In this document: positions 63,934 to 64,000 of the stretch, piece by piece
How the letters are laid out: every line of letters begins with the position of its first letter
Position numbering within the stretch: position 1 is the first letter of the stretch
Position numbers and translations under genes: made by a program
Assembly: GCA_963758525.1 (NCBI GenBank)
Contig: CAVWVQ010000003.1
Coordinates: 4,576,001 to 4,640,000, forward strand
DNA length: 64,000 nt
DNA from: an uncultured Phycisphaerales bacterium
GTDB taxonomy: Bacteria; Planctomycetota; Phycisphaerae; Tepidisphaerales; Tepidisphaeraceae
Direction: 5' to 3'
The notes under the pieces: model-generated
Databases searched by the model: none
The model's input: the letters and a program-made list of their open reading frames with translations, nothing else
What the model was told of the DNA's origin: nothing

Positions 63934-64000
63934 CGAAGCTTATTCTGAGGTGGGATTGGCTCCTTTACGACCTGATTACCGCCACGGCAGGATAGTCATA

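Overview
A GC-rich bacterial chromosomal window. Two LEPRxLL-type planctomycete signal peptides and several lineage-typical hypothetical proteins suggest Planctomycetota, probably Phycisphaerae/Tepidisphaerales (inference). The backbone is housekeeping: ino1, tlyA-like, acyl-CoA dehydrogenase, metG, phosphomannomutase, hrpB, AI-2E transporter, GT2, CPA1 antiporter, ygfZ-like, recG, pcm, SAM hydrolase, bioA, yihY, GH2, MBL hydrolase, Gfo/Idh/MocA, MEMO1 and an S41 protease. About 14 apparent frameshifts are most likely long-read errors. There are two accessory loci. (1) A 3657-aa secreted RHS/YD protein has a low-GC cargo domain placed internally, before Ig and CBM domains, and an orphan Ig-repeat tail follows its stop. 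(2) A ~13.2-kb integrase-free island (35860-49102) is bounded by a 316-bp direct repeat of the GH2 3' end. It carries a ~2470-aa LEPRxLL surface protein with a low-GC C-terminal domain. Downstream lies a mosaic of partner genes, an orphan C-terminal tip, RHS and IS66 fragments, and one intact plus two truncated HUH/Y1 (RAYT-like) transposases whose short terminal motifs sit at most junctions. This looks like a candidate HUH-driven cassette-shuffling polymorphic effector system. No rRNA, tRNA or CRISPR array was seen. All calls come from motif recognition by eye; no searches were run.
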